Source: Alphaproteobacteria bacterium
Lineage (GTDB): Bacteria; Pseudomonadota; Alphaproteobacteria; GCA-2731375
Assembly: GCA_965232515.1 (NCBI GenBank)
Contig: CBDDPY010000002.1
Location: 3,424,001 to 3,488,000, forward strand
Direction of reading: 5' to 3'
Length of the DNA: 64,000 nt
Position numbers and translations under genes: made by a program. This document shows, one piece after another, positions 27,690 to 37,386 of the stretch. The notes beneath the pieces were generated by a model. That model made no database searches. It was given only the letters and a program-made list of their open reading frames with translations, and was not told the DNA's origin. Each line of letters opens with the position of its first letter. Within the stretch, counting starts at the first letter, position 1.

Positions 27690-29981
27690 ATGACGATGGA
27701 TCGTTTCAAGGCCGTTTCCACCCGGATTTCGGCAACATTTCTCGCCCTGTGCACGCTGTTCAGCGTTGTCGAGGTGGGCGCGCAAAGCTTAAGGGCAACA
27801 GACGCCGCCGAGCTGGAACGCCTGATCGGCGAGGCGCGCGATCAGGGCGCGAAGGTCGTCGTCATCGAGACGCCGGCCGGCACAGGCGACGCCCAAGGCG
27901 ACGCGGCCGAGCCGAACAAGTCGGCCGTGATCGAGGATCAGGCGCTGCAAGTCCGCTCGCGGTTTCGCGAGATCCTGGCCGGCGCCAGCCAGTTCGCCGA
28001 CCGGGCCGGCGAGACCGTGCGGCAATACGATCCGGGCGGGTCGATGTACTGGCCGCTGCCGGCGGCGCTGATGGCCGTTCTGTTCCTGGTGGTCGGCTAC
28101 GGCGCGGAAACGCTGCTCAACCGGTGGGGCCGGTCGCATTTCCAGCACCTGTTCAACCCGACGCCCGAAAGCGAGGTCGAAAAGATCTCCTACCTGCTGC
28201 TGCGGGGTTTGATGCAGATCGTCGCCATCGCACTCGGTCTCGCCCTCGCGCTGCTGGTTGGCCTCGCCTTCGATCAGGGCGAGACGCATGTCCGCAACAC
28301 GCAGCTGATCGTCATCTTTGGCGTGACCATCGTGCGCGCCATGTCGGTGTTCTTCCAAAACCTGTTCGCCTACGACACGCCCAGCCACCGCCTGCTGCAC
28401 CTGTCCGACGCGGACGCCGTACGCATGCATCGCGGCCTGATGGGCATCCTGATCATCGGCGCGATATCGATCGGCACGTGCTTGTGGATGGAGGCCCTGG
28501 CGCTCAACCGGGACGCCCATGTCCTGGCATTGATGGTGACGACTCTGCTGGCGACGGTGCTGCTGTCGGGTTTCGCCATCGTCGAGCGGCGCACGGTGGC
28601 CGGTATGATCCTGGGCGCCGGCGCGGCCGATGCGAAGCCCGGATTAATGCGGCTCGTCGCGGCCGTCTGGCACATTCTGGCGGTGCTCTACTTCGTCGTC
28701 GCCTGGATGGTGAGCAGCGTGCGCCTGGTCCTCGACCTGCCGAACGCGCTGGGTCTTGTGGGGGATCCGGTACTGATCATCCTGTTCGCCATCGCCGGTT
28801 ACGGCGCGGCGCTGCTGCTGATCGAGTGGCTCTTTACGCGTCGCGCGGCGCAACGCGGGCAGGCGACCGCCGACGACGATACCGACACGGAGGTCGCGGA
28901 CGAGACGGCGAGCGAGGACGCATTGACGGAAGCGCCGGTTCGCGGCTTCAAGGAGCTGGCGGAGCATGCCGCCGCGGTGATGACCGTCGCGATCTCGATC
29001 TGGCTGATCTTCGACCTCTGGGGCGTCAACCTGACCGAGGACGGCGGCATCCTGCACTCGTTGTGGGAAATCCTGCTGATCGGCTTCCTGGCCTATCTCG
29101 CCTTCGCCGGCGTGCGGATCGCCATCGACCGCCGGATCGCCGAGGAAGGCGGCTTCGACGAGGAGCCGGAGCCGGGCGAGGAAGGCGGCGCGCAAGGCAC
29201 CTCGCGGCTGGCGACGCTGTTGCCGCTGTTCCGCAACTTCCTGTTCATCGTCATTGCCGTGATCGGCGGCATGATCGCCCTGTCGGAGCTGGGCGTCGAC
29301 ATCGCGCCGCTGTTCGCCGGCGCCGGCGTCGTCGGTCTCGCCATCGGCTTCGGTGCGCAGGCGCTGATCCGCGACATTTTTTCCGGCGCCTTCTTCCTGA
29401 TGGACGACGCCTTCCGCAAGGGCGAGTACATCGACCTCGGCGACGTCAAAGGCACGGTCGAGAAGATCTCGATCCGGTCGATGCAGCTACGCCATCACAT
29501 GGGACCGCTGCACACGATTCCGTTCGGCGAGGTCCGACACCTGACGAACTATTCGCGCGACTGGGTGATGATGAAGCTGCCGCTGCGGCTGACCTACGAC
29601 ACCGACGTTGAGAAGGTGCGCAAGCTGATCAAAAAACTGGGCCAGGAGCTGCTGGAGCATCCTGAGCTGGGCGAAAAGTTCATGCAGCCGCTGAAGTCGC
29701 AGGGCGTCTATCAGATGGAAGACTCGGCGATGATCATCCGGGTCAAGTTCATGACCAGGCCGGGCGACCAGTTCCAGGTGCGGAAAGAGGTCTATGCCCG
29801 CATCCGCGCGCTGTTCGAGAGCGAGGGCATTCGTTTCGCCCACCGCGAGGTGACGGTGCGCGTCGCCGAAACGCCGAACGGCGAGCCGCTGACGCACGCG
29901 CAGAAGGAAGCCGTCGCCGGCGCTGTCCGTCCGTCGATCGAGGCCGACCAGCCTCCAAAGACCGGTAGCGACGACCGCTAG
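27690..29981 (+). CDS. Large MscS-family mechanosensitive channel
   Basis: Many TM helices, then LFAGAGVVGLAIGFGAQALIRD, GTVEKISIRS, IPFGEV..LTNYSRDW. Confidence 0.92.
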   Translation: MTMDRFKAVSTRISATFLALCTLFSVVEVGAQSLRATDAAELERLIGEARDQGAKVVVIETPAGTGDAQGDAAEPNKSAVIEDQALQVRSRFREILAGASQFADRAGETVRQYDPGGSMYWPLPAALMAVLFLVVGYGAETLLNRWGRSHFQHLFNPTPESEVEKISYLLLRGLMQIVAIALGLALALLVGLAFDQGETHVRNTQLIVIFGVTIVRAMSVFFQNLFAYDTPSHRLLHLSDADAVRMHRGLMGILIIGAISIGTCLWMEALALNRDAHVLALMVTTLLATVLLSGFAIVERRTVAGMILGAGAADAKPGLMRLVAAVWHILAVLYFVVAWMVSSVRLVLDLPNALGLVGDPVLIILFAIAGYGAALLLIEWLFTRRAAQRGQATADDDTDTEVADETASEDALTEAPVRGFKELAEHAAAVMTVAISIWLIFDLWGVNLTEDGGILHSLWEILLIGFLAYLAFAGVRIAIDRRIAEEGGFDEEPEPGEEGGAQGTSRLATLLPLFRNFLFIVIAVIGGMIALSELGVDIAPLFAGAGVVGLAIGFGAQALIRDIFSGAFFLMDDAFRKGEYIDLGDVKGTVEKISIRSMQLRHHMGPLHTIPFGEVRHLTNYSRDWVMMKLPLRLTYDTDVEKVRKLIKKLGQELLEHPELGEKFMQPLKSQGVYQMEDSAMIIRVKFMTRPGDQFQVRKEVYARIRALFESEGIRFAHREVTVRVAETPNGEPLTHAQKEAVAGAVRPSIEADQPPKTGSDDR

Positions 29982-30131
29982 TTTTTGCGCTCACGGCAGT
30001 GGACCTGAAGGTGGGCGCCTGCGCGGGCGGGCCGGATAAGCCGGCGGGCCGTAGTCGCGGCCCGTTGGCGCCGCCTTTCGCAAACTTGTGGCGCCCGGTA
30101 AGGTCGAGGCGTCACATCGAACCGGTTCCCC

Positions 30132-31601
30132 ATGCTCGACAGCGCCGTGGCGGCCAGCCCGATCCTGCTGGCGGTCGTCCTTATTCTTGGTTTCCGCCAA
30201 CCGGCCGGACCGGCGGCGCTGGGCTGCGCCACCTATGCGGCATTGCTGGCGTTGTTCTGGCCAGCCTTCGCCGGGCCGCTGGATGCCGTGCTGGCCAGCG
30301 TCGCCAAGGGCAGCCTGACCAGCCTGACGCTGGCTTACGTGTTGCTGGGCGGCATCGCCCTGCACCAGGTGCTGACGGTGACGGGCGCGCTGGACGTGCT
30401 GGCCGACGCGCTGCGGCAATTGCTGCCGGCGGCGGGCGACCGGCTGCTGGTGATGCTGTTCGGCGTCTCGGTGTTCTTCGAGTCCGCCACCGGCTTCGGC
30501 GTCGGCATCATCGTCACGGCGCCGCTGCTGGAGCGCTTCGGTCAGCCGCCGCTGCGCGCCGCCTTTCTGGCGCTTCTGGGGCAATGCGCGGTGCCCTGGG
30601 GCGCGCTCGGCGTCGGCACCTATCTGGGCGCCGAGCTGTCGGGGCTACCGACGGACGAGATCGCCGCGATGTCGGCGCTGCTGAGTTGGCCGTTCGTCCT
30701 GCTCTGCGGCGGCATCGCCGCCCATGTCGGCGGCCTGCCGCGTAACGCTGCGACCGTCGTCCGGGTGATCGTCTGGTCGACCGTGCTGACGGCGGCGTTG
30801 GCCGGCCTGTCGCTGCTGCTCGGCACCGAGCTCGGCGGCTGCCTCGCCGGTCTCGCGGTGGTGCTGCTGGGCATCGCGCGCGGTCGCCGCGACGGGCCGC
30901 TGCCGGCGGGTCTGTCGAAGGCGCTGGCGCCGCTCGCCGCACTGCTGGCGGCGCTGTTGCTGACGCGGCTGGTGCCTGATATCGGCGCCTGGACGACATC
31001 GTTGCTGCGCTGGGAGCTGCCGGCGCTCGGCTATGTGCTGTCGCCGGTGCATCATCCCGGCTTCTGGATGCTGACGGCCGCGGCGGCCGGCATCGCCCTG
31101 CACGGCCTGCCGGCCGGCCAGGCCGGCGTCATGATGCGCACCGGGGCCAGTCGGTGGGTGCTGGCGAACCTGCCCGTGCTCGGCTTTCTCGCCATGGCGC
31201 AGGTGATGCTGAACGCCGGCATGATCGAGACGATCGCCGGCGCCATGTCGCGGGGATTGGGCCCGTTCGCGGTGCTGTCGGTCACGATGCTGGGGGCGCT
31301 CGGCGGCTTCCTCACCGCCAGCAACGTCGGCTCGAACGCGATTTTCATGCCCCTGCAGATGGCGCTCGCCGAGCAGCTGGGGCTCGACCGGTTGAGCACG
31401 GCGGCGGCGCAGAACTCGGCCGGCTCGAACCTGAGCTTCGCCTCGCCGGCCCGCGTGGTGCTGGCCGCGGCGATCTGCGGCGCGCCGGAACAGCAACACC
31501 TGCTGATGCGCCAGGCGCTGGCCGCCGGCCTTGCCGGCACGGCCGTGCTGACGCTCGCTTACCTCGTTTCGATCCGCCTCGAAGCATTCGCGCTGCCCTG
31601 A
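30132..31601 (+). CDS. L-lactate/glycolate permease (LctP) family transporter
   Basis: FFESATGFGVG, VPWGALG, LGGFLTASNVGSNAIFMPLQ, AAAQNSAG...ASP. Confidence 0.82.
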   Translation: MLDSAVAASPILLAVVLILGFRQPAGPAALGCATYAALLALFWPAFAGPLDAVLASVAKGSLTSLTLAYVLLGGIALHQVLTVTGALDVLADALRQLLPAAGDRLLVMLFGVSVFFESATGFGVGIIVTAPLLERFGQPPLRAAFLALLGQCAVPWGALGVGTYLGAELSGLPTDEIAAMSALLSWPFVLLCGGIAAHVGGLPRNAATVVRVIVWSTVLTAALAGLSLLLGTELGGCLAGLAVVLLGIARGRRDGPLPAGLSKALAPLAALLAALLLTRLVPDIGAWTTSLLRWELPALGYVLSPVHHPGFWMLTAAAAGIALHGLPAGQAGVMMRTGASRWVLANLPVLGFLAMAQVMLNAGMIETIAGAMSRGLGPFAVLSVTMLGALGGFLTASNVGSNAIFMPLQMALAEQLGLDRLSTAAAQNSAGSNLSFASPARVVLAAAICGAPEQQHLLMRQALAAGLAGTAVLTLAYLVSIRLEAFALP

Positions 31602-31648
31602 GCGTTAGCCTTGCCGCCGTTCGCCATGAACGGGCCGAGGGGACGCGG

Positions 31649-32581
31649 ATGATCGCCAGACACGATATCGCCGGACGGGACCTGCCCGATCTGTCATTCC
31701 CCGTTTCCAACATTGCGCTTTGGGAGCGGCGGCCAGTCATCGCGGACGCCCCGCCCGTTCTCTACGTGCATGGCGCCACGTTTCCGACCGAGCTCGCCTT
31801 TACCTTCGCCTTCGACGGCGTGTCCTGGGCCGATCATCTGGCAGGCCAGGGCTTCTGGCCATGGGGCCTCGACTTCACCGGCTTCGGCGCATCGGCGATC
31901 GATTGGGATGCGGTCGTTGCGGAGGCAGGACCCATCGGCAAGGCTGCGGATGCGGCACAACAGATCGCGGCGGCCTGCGCGCTCGTGCACGGCCGCACCG
32001 GCGCTGCCCGCATCGACCTGATCGCGCATTCCTGGGGCACGATCCCGGCGCGCCTGTTCGCAGCGCAACGGCCCGACCTGGTGCGCCGGCTGGCGCTGTT
32101 CGGGCCGATCGTATGTCGGGACGGGCCTGCCAAGCCAAGGATCACGGCGCCCTGGCGTCTGGTGACGGCGGACGATCAACGCAGGCGTTTCCTGGGCTAC
32201 GTGCCGAGCGGTCACGCGCCGCTGCTGGCCGACCGGCACTTCGCGCGCTGGGCCGCGGCCTATCTCGATTCCGATCCGTACGCCCGCAACCGGACGCCGG
32301 CGGCGGTGAAAATCCCCACCGGTCCCGCCGCCGATATCCAGGATACCTGGTCCGGCGAACGGCTCTACCCGTCCGCTTCGATAACCGCCGAGACCGCCAT
32401 CCTACGCGGCGAATGGGACAGCCTCTGCACGGACGCGGACGCCGCGAACCTGACCGCCGAGCTGACGGCGGCGCGGGCGGTGCATGACATCAAGCTGCCG
32501 GCCGGCACCCATGTCATGCACCTCGAGACCGGCCGGATGCGGCTGTGGGACGCCGCCGCCCGCTTCCTGCACGCCGGCTAA
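31649..32581 (+). CDS. Alpha/beta hydrolase
   Basis: LYVHGATFP, LDFTGFGAS, IAHSWG, RGEWD, GTHVMHLE. Start ATG 31649 after GAGGGG. Confidence 0.85.
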   Translation: MIARHDIAGRDLPDLSFPVSNIALWERRPVIADAPPVLYVHGATFPTELAFTFAFDGVSWADHLAGQGFWPWGLDFTGFGASAIDWDAVVAEAGPIGKAADAAQQIAAACALVHGRTGAARIDLIAHSWGTIPARLFAAQRPDLVRRLALFGPIVCRDGPAKPRITAPWRLVTADDQRRRFLGYVPSGHAPLLADRHFARWAAAYLDSDPYARNRTPAAVKIPTGPAADIQDTWSGERLYPSASITAETAILRGEWDSLCTDADAANLTAELTAARAVHDIKLPAGTHVMHLETGRMRLWDAAARFLHAG

Positions 32582-32587
32582 TTCAAG

Positions 32588-32651
32588 TTCCGGTGACAGT
32601 AACCGTAACTCTGGAAGCGAAGCACGCGAATTACGGTTACTGTCACCGGAA
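32588..32651. repeat. REP/REPIN-like inverted repeat, copy 2
   Basis: Perfect 21-bp IR TTCCGGTGACAGTAACCGTAA / TTACGGTTACTGTCACCGGAA with the same core as 15292-15345. Confidence 0.85.
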
Positions 32652-32746
32652 TTAAGTTCCTGCGGGTGTGGTCGGAAGGAGTCGCTGGGTCGGGTAGGCG
32701 GTGGTATCGTTTTTGGTCGGGGACGTCGCTTGTCGGGGGAGCGGAG

Positions 32747-33844
32747 ATGGCGGTCGAAAGTCTGACGCTGCGGAACATTCGTGCGCGGCCGGTGCTGTTG
32801 GCGCTGGCGCGGCCGGTGGTGGCGCGGATCGCCACCATTACCGAGTGGCCGTTGATCCTGATCGATCTGGAGACCGAAGAAGGCATCACCGGGCGGGCCT
32901 ACCTCGAACCCTATGTGCCGAAGGCCATGCGCTATCTGGTGCCGGCGTTGCACGATCTGGGCGAGATGCTGAAGGGCAAGAGGGTGGCGCCGGTCGAGTT
33001 CTACGATGCCGGCCGCAAGTCATTGCATTTCGTCGGCTACGAGGGGCTGTCGATGATCGCCGTCGCCGGGCTCGACATGGCCGCCTGGGACGCGCTGGCG
33101 CGGGCCGCCGACGTGCCGCTCTGCGTGCTGCTGGGCGGCAGCACCGGTCCGGTGCCGGCCTATAACAGCAACGGGCTGTGGCTGAAGGAACCGGCTGAAA
33201 TCGGGGCCGAGGCCGTCGAGCTGCGCGACGAAGGCGGCTTCAAGGGCCTGAAGCTGCGCATGGGGCGCGAGCGGGTGGCCGACGACCTGGCGGCGCTCGA
33301 CGCGGTCCGCGAGGCCGTCGGCGACGACATGGCCGTTATGGTCGACTTCAATCAGGGCCTGCATCTGGGCGAGGCGTTGCAGCGCTGCCACGCGATCGAC
33401 AATTACGGCCTCGCCTGGATCGAGGAGCCGGTCGTTTACGACAATTTCGAAGGCTATGCGCAGCTCGCGGCCGAGCTGAAGACGCCACTGCAGATCGGCG
33501 AGAATTTCTATGGGCCCCGCGATCTCTACAAGGCCGTGCGCATGCATGCCTGCGATCTGGTGATGCCCGACTTCATGCGCATCGGCGGCGTCACCGGCTG
33601 GCTGCAGGCCGCCGGCATCGCGGCCGCCGCCGGCCTGCCGATGTCGACGCATCTCTATCCGGAAGTCGGCGCGCATGTGATGCGGGTGACGGAGACGGCG
33701 CATTGGCTGGAATGGCAGAGCTGGGCCGACCCGATCCTGCAGCAGCCCTATGACATCAGCGGCGGCGACGTCCACATACCGGACAAGCCGGGCCTGGGCC
33801 TGGACTGGGACGAGGATGCCGTCGCCGCCCACCTCGTCGAATAG
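32747..33844 (+). CDS. Mandelate racemase-like enolase-superfamily enzyme
   Basis: GLDMAAWDA, MVDFNQ / WIEEP / GENF metal ligands, MPDFMRIGGVTGW, MSTHLYPE, AHWLE. KLR at the KxK position. Confidence 0.85.
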   Translation: MAVESLTLRNIRARPVLLALARPVVARIATITEWPLILIDLETEEGITGRAYLEPYVPKAMRYLVPALHDLGEMLKGKRVAPVEFYDAGRKSLHFVGYEGLSMIAVAGLDMAAWDALARAADVPLCVLLGGSTGPVPAYNSNGLWLKEPAEIGAEAVELRDEGGFKGLKLRMGRERVADDLAALDAVREAVGDDMAVMVDFNQGLHLGEALQRCHAIDNYGLAWIEEPVVYDNFEGYAQLAAELKTPLQIGENFYGPRDLYKAVRMHACDLVMPDFMRIGGVTGWLQAAGIAAAAGLPMSTHLYPEVGAHVMRVTETAHWLEWQSWADPILQQPYDISGGDVHIPDKPGLGLDWDEDAVAAHLVE

Positions 33845-33877
33845 CCGCAACGTTCACGCGAAAGGGAGATCCGACCG

Positions 33878-34897
33878 ATGCCCGCCAAACACCCCGCTTT
33901 CAAGGTCGCCGCCGTGCAGGCGGCGCCGGTGTTTCTCGATCTCGAGGCCACGGTCGACAAGGCCGTCGGGCTGATCGAGGAAGCCGGCGGCAACGGCGCC
34001 AAGCTGATCGCCTTTCCCGAGACCTGGATTCCCGGCTATCCCTGGTGGATCTGGCTGGGCGCACCGGCCTGGGGCATGCAGTTCGTGCAGCGCTATCACG
34101 ACAACGCGCTGGTCCTGGGCAGCGCGGAGGACCTGCGCATTCGCGAGGCGGCGCGGAAGGCCGGCCTGCATGTGGTGCTGGGCTACAGCGAGAAGGACGG
34201 CGGCAGCCTCTATATGGGCCAGTCCCTGATCGATGCCGACGGCGAGGTGATCGCCACGCGCCGCAAGCTGAAGCCGACGCATGTCGAGCGCACGGTGTTC
34301 GGCGAGGGCGACGGCAGCGACCTCGCGGTCTACGAGACCGGCATCGGCCGGCTGGGCGCGCTCTGCTGTTGGGAGCATCTGCAGCCGCTGACGAAATACG
34401 CCATGTTCTCCATGCACGAGCAGGTGCACGTGGCGTCCTGGCCGAGCTTCAGCCTCTATCGCGGCATGGCCTATGCGCTGGGCCCCGAGCTGAACAACGC
34501 GGCGAGCCAGATGTATGCCGCCGAGGGCCAATGCTTCGTGCTGGCGCCGTGCGCCACGGTGTCGCCGGAGATGATCGAGATGCTGGCCGACACCGACGAC
34601 AAGAAGGCCATGCTGAAGCCCGGCGGCGGATTCGCCATGATCTACGGTCCCGACGGCAGCCCGCTGAACGAACGCCTGCCGGAAGACCAGGAAGGCCTGA
34701 TCTATGCCGATATCGATTTGGGCATGATCTCGCTGGCGAAATCGGCGGCCGATCCGGTGGGGCATTATTCGCGGCCCGACGTGACCCGCCTGATGCTGAA
34801 CACGACGCCGGCCTCGCGAGTCGAGCGCATGGCGACGCCGATCCAGGACGTCGAGCCCAGCCACGCGGATGCCGAGCCGGCCGCCAGCGAGAGCTGA
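33878..34897 (+). CDS. Nitrilase (branch 1, arylacetonitrilase/aliphatic type)
   Basis: Catalytic triad motifs [27 protein letters not shown]; [11 protein letters not shown]. Confidence 0.93.
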   Translation: MPAKHPAFKVAAVQAAPVFLDLEATVDKAVGLIEEAGGNGAKLIAFPETWIPGYPWWIWLGAPAWGMQFVQRYHDNALVLGSAEDLRIREAARKAGLHVVLGYSEKDGGSLYMGQSLIDADGEVIATRRKLKPTHVERTVFGEGDGSDLAVYETGIGRLGALCCWEHLQPLTKYAMFSMHEQVHVASWPSFSLYRGMAYALGPELNNAASQMYAAEGQCFVLAPCATVSPEMIEMLADTDDKKAMLKPGGGFAMIYGPDGSPLNERLPEDQEGLIYADIDLGMISLAKSAADPVGHYSRPDVTRLMLNTTPASRVERMATPIQDVEPSHADAEPAASES

Positions 34898-34909
34898 CCG
34901 GAGGTTGCC

Positions 34910-35362
34910 TTGGCGCTTCCGTTGAGACGGGCAACGGACGACGACGCGCCAGCGGTCCGGGCTGTCGTGCGCGCGGCCTACGCCAAGTACGTTCCGCGCA
35001 TGGACCGTGAGCCGATGCCGATGACGGCCGACTATGCGCAGGCCGTGCGAGACAATCAGGTCTGGCTGGCCGGCGAATCGCCCGATATCGACGCCATACT
35101 GGAGCTGGTGCCGGAGGCGGATCATCTGCTGGTCGCGAACATCGCCGTGCACCCGGATCGCCAGGGCGCCGGCCTGGGCCGGCAATTGCTGGCGTTCGCC
35201 GAGACGGAGGCGAAACGGCAGGGCTTCGACGAACTCAGGCTCTACACGCATATCACCATGACCGAGAATGTGACGATGTACGAACATCTCGGCTGGGAAG
35301 AGACCCACCGCGGCGGCCAGGACGGCTTCGAACGCGTGTTCATGCGGAAGTTTTTGCGCTAG
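34910..35362 (+). CDS. GNAT-family acetyltransferase
   Basis: NIAVHPDRQGAGLGRQLL, LYTHITMTENVTMYEHLGW. GGAGG RBS, TTG start. Confidence 0.87.
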   Translation: MALPLRRATDDDAPAVRAVVRAAYAKYVPRMDREPMPMTADYAQAVRDNQVWLAGESPDIDAILELVPEADHLLVANIAVHPDRQGAGLGRQLLAFAETEAKRQGFDELRLYTHITMTENVTMYEHLGWEETHRGGQDGFERVFMRKFLR

Positions 35363-35406
35363 CCGGCCGTCTCCCACCCAGGCGCTGTCGCGAAAGCGCC
35401 TCGCAA

Positions 35407-35435
35407 GCTTCATTGCGCTGTCACAAATCCGTCAG
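35407..35435 (+). promoter_or_regulatory. Pho box (PhoB site) upstream of phnC
   Basis: GCTTCAT-tgcg-CTGTCAC-aaat-CCGTCAG: three 11-bp-phased half-sites matching CTGTCAT-N4. Confidence 0.8.
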
Positions 35436-35529
35436 CCTCCCCTCGTAGCCTGCCGGCCAGATTGGTGACGCGTGTAATTCGTTCGCGGTCCGGGCGGCGG
35501 CGATGGCGCGGTCGGCATGGAGACCTGCG

Positions 35530-36348
35530 ATGCTGAGCTTGACGTCGACCTCGAAGCACTATGGCGCCGTGATCGCGGTCGACGACGTGACGTTGCGCAT
35601 ACCCAACGGTCAGATGGTCGGCGTGATCGGCCGCTCCGGCGCCGGAAAATCGACCTTGCTGCGGCTGATCAACCGGCTGATCGATCCGACCACCGGCGCG
35701 ATCAGCTATGACGGCGCCGAGGTATCGCGCCTGCGCGGGCGGGGCTTGCGCGACTGGCGGGCGAACTGCGCGATGATCTTTCAGCAGTTCAATCTGGTGA
35801 ACCGGCTGGACGTGATCACCAACGTGCTGGTCGGCCGCATCGGCTACAAGGCGACGCTGCCGACACTCGCCAAGCATTTCAGCGCCGAGGAACGGGCCGT
35901 CGCGGTACGTGCGCTCGACCGCCTGGACCTGCTGCCACAGGCCCTGCAGCGGGCCGACACGCTGTCCGGCGGTCAGCAGCAACGGGTCGCCATCGCCCGC
36001 GCGCTGGTGCAGGAACCGTCGATCATCCTGGCCGACGAGCCGATCGCCTCGCTCGATCCGGCGAACGCGACACGGGTGATGGAAGCGCTGTCGTCGATCA
36101 ACCGCGACGACGGCCTGACGGTGATCTGCAACCTGCACCACCTGGACACGGCCAAGCACTATTGCGACCGCATCATCGGCATGGCCCACGGCCGCATCGT
36201 CTTCGACGGCGCGCCGGCCGCGCTGACGCAAGCGGACGCGCGCGAGATCTATGGCGTCGACGGTACGGTCGACGAATGGGGCGGCGAGATGCGTCCCGTC
36301 GCGGTGCCGGGCGCGGCCGAGATGGAACCGGCCGCCGCCACCGCCTGA
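35530..36348 (+). CDS. phnC: Phosphonate ABC ATPase
   Basis: [54 protein letters not shown]. Confidence 0.92.
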   Translation: MLSLTSTSKHYGAVIAVDDVTLRIPNGQMVGVIGRSGAGKSTLLRLINRLIDPTTGAISYDGAEVSRLRGRGLRDWRANCAMIFQQFNLVNRLDVITNVLVGRIGYKATLPTLAKHFSAEERAVAVRALDRLDLLPQALQRADTLSGGQQQRVAIARALVQEPSIILADEPIASLDPANATRVMEALSSINRDDGLTVICNLHHLDTAKHYCDRIIGMAHGRIVFDGAPAALTQADAREIYGVDGTVDEWGGEMRPVAVPGAAEMEPAAATA

Positions 36349-36392
36349 TCCCCATCACTGTTGCAGCAACCCCCTGGCAAAGGAGAGCCGAC

Positions 36393-37307
36393 ATGCAACT
36401 GACCCGACGATTCCTGATCACGGCCACGGCGGCCGCGGTCTGCATGGGCGCCGGCGCCGCGACGGCCGGCGACTGGCGGACGAAGTATCCCGAGCTGACG
36501 CTGGGTGTGATCACCTCGGAGAACGAGGCCGACCGCATCGCGCGCTACAAGCCGGTGCGCGAATACCTGGAGCGCGAGCTGGGCGTCGCCATCAAATGGC
36601 GCACGGCGACCGACTATGCCGGCATCATCGAGGGCGTGAAGGCCGGCAAGATCGAGATCGCCCGCTTCGGTCCGGCGTCCTATGCCAAGGCCTGGATGGT
36701 GACCGGCGGCAAGGTCGTGCCGATGGTCGGCGAGCTCGATAAGAACGGCAATTTCGGCTACCACGCGGTGGTCGTGGTGCGCGCCGACAGCCCCTATCAG
36801 AACATCGACGACCTGAAGGGCAAGAAGCTGGCCTTCGCCGACCCGAACTCGACCTCGGGCCACCAGGCCCCACGTTTCTTCATGACCGAGGCCGGCTACG
36901 ATCCGGACGCGTTTTTCGGCGAGACCGGCTTTTCCGGCAGCCACGAGAACAGCGTCATGGCGGTGCTGAACGGCACCTACGATGCCGCCGCCACCTGGTG
37001 GCGCGACGAGACCCGCTCGAACCCGAAGCGGATGGAAGACAAGGGCATGATCGAGCCCGGCCAGTGGCGGGTGATCTGGAAATCGCCGAAGCTGCCGGCG
37101 AGCCCCTGGGCGATGTCGACCAACCTGCCCGACCAGATGCGGGCCGACGTGCAGAACGTCCTCTACAACATGAAGGACAAGGACCCGAACGCCTGGCAGT
37201 CGCTGACCGACGGCAAGGCCAGCGGCTACCGCAAGGTGACGCACGAGGACTATGAAGGCATCGTGCGCATGATCAAGGCCAACCAGGCGAAGCGCCGCAC
37301 AGGTTGA
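36393..37307 (+). CDS. phnD: Phosphonate ABC substrate-binding protein
   Basis: Signal peptide, ATDYAGIIE, FADPNSTSG, GSHE, AATWW. AGGAG RBS before ATG 36393. Confidence 0.9.
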   Translation: MQLTRRFLITATAAAVCMGAGAATAGDWRTKYPELTLGVITSENEADRIARYKPVREYLERELGVAIKWRTATDYAGIIEGVKAGKIEIARFGPASYAKAWMVTGGKVVPMVGELDKNGNFGYHAVVVVRADSPYQNIDDLKGKKLAFADPNSTSGHQAPRFFMTEAGYDPDAFFGETGFSGSHENSVMAVLNGTYDAAATWWRDETRSNPKRMEDKGMIEPGQWRVIWKSPKLPASPWAMSTNLPDQMRADVQNVLYNMKDKDPNAWQSLTDGKASGYRKVTHEDYEGIVRMIKANQAKRRTG

Positions 37308-37386
37308 TGACAAGCGTAAGCCGGGATCGGCCGTCGGCATCCGTGACGACGGCCGATCCCGGACCTGCTCCGGCCATCAAACCTTC

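Noticed and set aside
29985-30131. Structured RNA upstream of the LctP gene (GGATAAGCCGG resembles the reverse complement of an RNase P RNA 3' end)
   Set aside because: The adjoining conserved GTTCTGT and the rest of rnpB are absent, the space is too short, and no riboswitch consensus was recognised.
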